From Eremomyces bilateralis CBS 781.70 (taxonomy: Eukaryota): DNA of 52,483 nucleotides. A model generated the notes under the pieces. It saw only the letters and a list, made by a program, of their open reading frames with translations, was not told the DNA's origin and searched no databases. Below, one piece after another: positions 47,576-52,483 of the stretch. Positions within the stretch are counted from its first letter, which is position 1; the number at the start of each line of letters is the position of its first letter. The stretch lies in NCBI GenBank assembly GCA_010015585.1, contig ML975167.1; one strand, given 5' to 3'. The translations under genes and the position numbers were made by a program.

Positions 47576-48487
47576 CCTCAAATTCAATCCCGCGTTTGAT
47601 TTGAATGCAGATCGGATCTGATTCATCATTGATTAATCATTGACCATCCCAAATCTGGATGCCCCCTGCCTCATCTCCACCATTTGGCACCCTTCAACGC
47701 GTTACTCACCACTTCACGTGAGCACGCGTTTCCCTCTATTACCAACTACCGTCGTCCTCAACCCTGCGGTTGATTCGACTTCACCATTCACGATTTCCCT
47801 GACACCTAAGTGAAACACTTCTGTTGTCATCTCTTGTTTCCGATAAAATCCATCTACTCTCATCAATCCAGTTCTTCCTGGTCCATCAGTTATGACCAAG
47901 CAAGGTCATCAAAAGTGAGTACAAGAATTCCCTAAGCGAGGGTATCCCTATCCCCTAAGACATGAACCGACCGTTGGGATCAAATCACTGCGTCTCACAA
48001 GATCAATAATTCCTGCTCACATTACAATCTCCTAAAATCGCCGTCATTTGGTGTTATTTGACCGCATTACCCATCATTCATGACTGCATATTTTATCTCG
48101 TGGATTCTGGTATACCTGAACAGTAATGATTTGGCGGTGTATGAATCTTCCCACGAATAGCGGAAGTGCTCGGCTGAGAGCAACACCCCACTGCGGACAG
48201 CATGACCCCTCCCGCGCCTTTTTTTTTTACCCCTATCTTTATTAACTAGTATTTACCTTTTTTCTTACTCTTCTCTACCTTTTATTTAAACCTTTCAAAA
48301 GACGCTTCTACCCTCAACCCCTATTTAGCTATGCTCCCTTCGTCATTCACCGTCGTATCACCGTCGTATTTGCCCGCACCAGGCAACCAATGTTTACTAA
48401 CATCGTGGTATTCAGTCACTTAGCTGGACGCATCGTCTACTCAACCGGATTGTGATGTCCCAGCCCTGTGGCTAGAGAGTCGTTTTA

Positions 48488-51400
48488 ATGAGCAACATGG
48501 TCGCAGCTGCGGGGACACCGCCGTCCAAAAAGCGGCCCCGGATGGAAGAGGAAGGCAAAAGGACGACGAAGAAGCCAAAGCCTGATTACAATGCCGGAGG
48601 CCTTGAGCACCGGCTGCCGTCCAATCCTCCGTCCATGCACAGAACCAATTCGGGCTTCAGTTTGACATCCGCGTCCAAAAAGCAGCCGCGAGTTGAAGCG
48701 GAAGTGAAAAAGGTGACAGAGAAGTCAAAGCTTGATGATGCTGGAGGTCTTGAGCCCCGAATACCCAAACCTCCGCCCCTGGACAGAACCAACCCGGGCT
48801 TCAGTTTGACCAAATCCCCGTCCGAAGCCGTAAGTGATATCAAGGGCCGACACCTTCCTTATTACCACTATTATTCCGCTTTTATCATCGCTCTTCCCCA
48901 GTGTTCCACCTTGATTCGCGCATCATTCAGGTGCAAGTTCATTCGTATGATTTAACTTCACTGTATCACATGTGATTCCTCGCGTTTGCACCACACACCT
49001 TGAAATTCAGTGGTCTAACCCATGGGCAGAGCATTTCTCGTTTCACTGCGGGAAGTGACCTGCATTCCGCAGGTCTGGGAACAAATTGTTCTTCCCCCGC
49101 ATCTTTAACTCCGAGGCTGGCAGGGGAAGGCGCGACCAGGTCGACGCTGAATTCCGACGGCACCGATGCTACTAATTTTCATCCCGCCTTTGAACTAATC
49201 CTACGCTCGGTATGCCAGGTAGCAGCGGATAGGCTTGCACACAAAAACATCGCCGAGATGGTAAAACAGCAACAAAAACGCACCTTGGGCGCCGAAGTAT
49301 TGCCGTATAACGAGTACTTCCGAGTTGAAGATGCCGAACTCAAAAAACTGAGAAACGGGCAGAGACAGATTTCTGCTCAGTTTAAGGAACATAGCCATGA
49401 GCTTTTCGAACACGGGCAACAATTCGTGCCCATCTTGAAGGAGTTCGTCCAGGGGACGGTCTGCGACAAGGAGTCTATCCTCCTTATTGTCCTAGAGATA
49501 GTCCGCGATGAGGAGAGCATGCGCCACCTCGTCCAGGAGATCGTCCGCGACAAGGAGTCCATCCGTCCCATCATCCAGGAGATTGTCCGCAAAACCCTCG
49601 AGAAAAGGCCGAATGAGCCCACCACCGCCGTCAAGGCCGAGAACGAGCGTCTCATCAACCTCGTGGGTTCCCTCCAAGCGGATTTGGCTCAAATGAATGA
49701 GCAGCTAGGGGGGATTGTGACGGTGGTGGGCCGAAAGAAGGCCGAAACTGACATCTTGTCGAAGAGGGTCCAGGAAATGGACCGACTGACCAAAGACATG
49801 CAGGGAGAGCGCAGCGCTATGGGCAGGCAGCTCAGAGACTTGGAAGACAAGCTCGGCCATACCAAAGCCGAGTATTCAATCTTGTCTCAGAGAGCAAACG
49901 ACATGGACGAAAAGCTTAACACGTCAAGAGCTGAGCAAATCTCATTGGCAGAGTCAGGAAGACAGATGAATGCCACGTTGACCAGGAGAGTCAACGATAT
50001 GGAACAAGAGCTTGAGACGGCAAGAGCTGAGAATGCCAAATTGACGCAAGAGAATGCGACGCTGACCAAGAAGTTCGGCGATCTGGAAACGGATACTGCG
50101 GAACGATTCGAGGCGTTCATGCGCAAATGGGAGCTGCAGCAGGCTACTTTCGATACTGCGGCTCAAAGCCGATCCTCCCCTCTTACCAAGCACTATTTTG
50201 CCGTAGAAGAGTCTAGGCACGCCCATCCCGCTTTACAGGTGGCTGTGCAGAAGTTAGAAAATGACGTTGCTGCCCAAGCGCTGGAGTCGGAGGTTAAGGC
50301 TCTAACGGTTGCCTCCGAGAGCTTGAACAGCCGCGTCGAGGCTGTCGAGGAAGGATTACAAGAAGCGAAGCTTACTACAACCGCAATAAACCAGAAAGTG
50401 GATACGGTTACCACTAAAGTAGTGAGCAGCGACGCTGCTCTGTTACCGGCTGTGCCTGAGTCCTCGAAACAAGAATCGCCAGCGCCACCGCAAAGTGGCA
50501 ATACAGGAGCTGTAGATCCGATTCAGCTGCTTATCCTAAAGGGCACGGTGAAAGACGAAATCGACAAGAGTTCCACGTTCACCGCGCGGCAGCTAGACAA
50601 GCTGGAGCGATTGATGGACGACCACGACAAGAATTCCAGGGCTACCGAGAAGCGGTTGGACAAGTTGGAGCGATCGGTGGAAGATCTCGAGAAGCGCCCG
50701 GTCCAGATTTCACGGCACGGGTCACCTGCACAACAGATGCAGGTTCTCGGGTCGAATGCCCCGCCTCAAGGGCTCTTCGCGGCTAATGGAGTTCCTACTA
50801 TGGCACGAAGCTCGCCGATGGCGACAGCTGAGCAAGGATATTTCCTGACCCAAGGGGGCATGCAGCAGCGACTTCAAAGCCAACCAGGCATGGTGCCCCA
50901 TCAGCCAGGACAACAACCGCAGATGCAACAACCGCAGATGCAACAACCGCAGATGCAACAACCGCAGATGCAACAACCGCCCCTTGTTGGCCACAGGGAA
51001 TTCATTACCTTCGTCGACAAAGTCAACGCGAAGCTCGAGCAAAGCACCAAATGCATCAACGACCTCAACGAGTTTAGCCGCACAATCGGGCCTCGCATGG
51101 AAGCCGTCGAGCATACCCAAGCCCAGACGAGCAACACCGGCAACGCGCTGGCGACCCGCGTGAAGTCCCTGGAAGATACCGTCGTCGTGCTCCATCACAC
51201 TACCGATCAGCACGAGAAGCGCCTGCAACACACTAATACTGAGAATATTGTCAACGCCGTGACCGCCGGCGTCCATGACAACATTGCGCAGAACTTCGAG
51301 GTGTGGTGGAAGAAGGGCATCGAGGCTCGAGCCCGGAGCCCCGACCGCCGTTCACAGGTCAGCCACAGCCCACAGGGGTCCTCCAGTCGCTTCGCGCCCG

Positions 51401-51501
51401 GTGGGCCGACGCTCAAAGTCAAGGGGCAAGCTAACGGGTTTAACGGTCGACATGACGGCACCAACGGACGACAGGATGACCGACAGAGCTCGACAGATTG
51501 A
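48488..51501 (+). CDS. Hypothetical coiled-coil protein with internal repeats (~937 aa)
   Basis: Exon 48488-48829 (donor GTAAGT) joins in frame to 49030-51501 (CTAAC..CAG acceptor). Heptad-rich coiled coils, basic NLS-like KKRPR, Q/P-rich region. No family recognised. Confidence 0.7.
50911..50980 (+). repeat. Perfect 15-nt coding tandem repeat (QQPQM) x4.7
   Basis: caacaaccgcagatg repeated four times plus a partial copy. Confidence 0.95.
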
Positions 51502-52483
51502 CGGCACCACGCGAATCCGCCGACTACAAATGTACAAGTTGTATGTTTAGCATAAAAGGCAGAAGAGAGGAAGGGCATGTTTAAAAATACCCTATTCGAC
51601 TCCGCTCTTTCATGGAGCTCGACGGCGTCCTGCTAGAATTGGTTTTTTTTTGTATTTTGATACCCCCTGGCCGACAGATGCGATCGCACGCTCTCCACGG
51701 GTACTTACCTGATGGGTGAGAATGCTTACTAGCGTGGGATTTTCCGGTATTATATTCCCTGCTCGAAACGAACAATCTTTTGAGATGGTCACCTATGTTG
51801 CGCAACGCGACGTGGGTCATACTCGATGAAGAGGGATCGTTCGGACACCATGAACAGGACGTATAACTACGATACCTTGGTGGGATCGATATGACTAGCT
51901 TCCATGCTGGTCGTAAAAAGGGCTTCGGGTATAACTAGAGTTCAGTGTTTAGGAGGGCTGAATATAGCTCACGTCTTATGACTATTCCTGTCTACCAACT
52001 GCTGTGATTATAAGCGTTCCAACGGCCTTCTCTATACAGTGATCCCGGTTATTATCCCTTGCGGGGTGCCTAATGCGACTCGTCTCTATTATGACTTTTG
52101 TTGGTGGCTTTATTAAAAGACCATGCCCGCGAAGTCCAACTGCACGCGTCCACGTCGCCGCGGGTGGAAACATTGATAGAGAAGAGTTCTCTATTAATGG
52201 CTAAGTGCAGTGGCGATGAGAGAGATGCACGCGTCGCGCGTGCAGGTCGCAGGCGTTGAGCGTGGTATCGCCATACCACCAACACCAGCACGACTGTGTC
52301 TACTGCCTCCGCTTAGACACGGTGTCCTTTCATCAAGGGAGGCCTCTTGAGGGATACAAAGGGATACGAAAACCATCCGATAGGGGTCTATCTAGCTCGC
52401 AGCTGGATCCGGAAGCCTGACTTATTATTAGGTGGATGAGGACGCGTCCTAGGCCTCTAACAGGACACCCTCAGGCTCGCCTA

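Noticed and set aside
46800..48400. Short ORFs and possible ncRNA (telomerase RNA, snRNA) in the RVB2-orphan spacer
   Set aside because: No TAACCCTAA template or snRNA motifs found by eye, and the ORFs lack recognisable features. Likely promoter and 5' UTR.
51702..51712. TACTTACCTG resembling the U1 snRNA 5' end
   Set aside because: No following U1 stem-loops or Sm site recognised. It is simply the complement of a donor-like CAGGTAAGTA.

Overview
Gene-dense, intron-containing DNA (~50% GC) from a filamentous ascomycete (Pezizomycotina-type GTRNGT/CTRAC/YAG introns, mostly 47-65 nt). From left to right the window holds: the 3' end of an Mtr-type amino acid permease; an AROM-derived repressor plus Zn2Cys6 activator pair best matching the GaaX/GaaR galacturonate module; a PTH11-like 7-TM domain fused to a FucP-type MFS permease; a decayed HNH-nuclease-family pseudogene; a secreted tyrosinase; an SDR; and a 6-exon secreted Gly/Leu/Ser repeat protein whose N-terminus is missed by the ORF track. 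These are followed by ECI1, PET100, TACO1/YebC, LAA1/HEATR5, a PhyH dioxygenase + alpha/beta-hydrolase + dienelactone hydrolase trio, PCF11, a secreted I9 inhibitor-like protein, hookA, RVB2 and an orphan coiled-coil protein. The best candidates for novelty are the receptor-transporter fusion beside gaaX-gaaR, the (GGLSGGL)n secreted protein, and a set of four enzymes that share PTS1-like tails and upstream CCTCGG motifs. No rRNA, tRNA, CRISPR array or intact transposon was recognised. All family calls are from motif recognition by eye; no searches were run.
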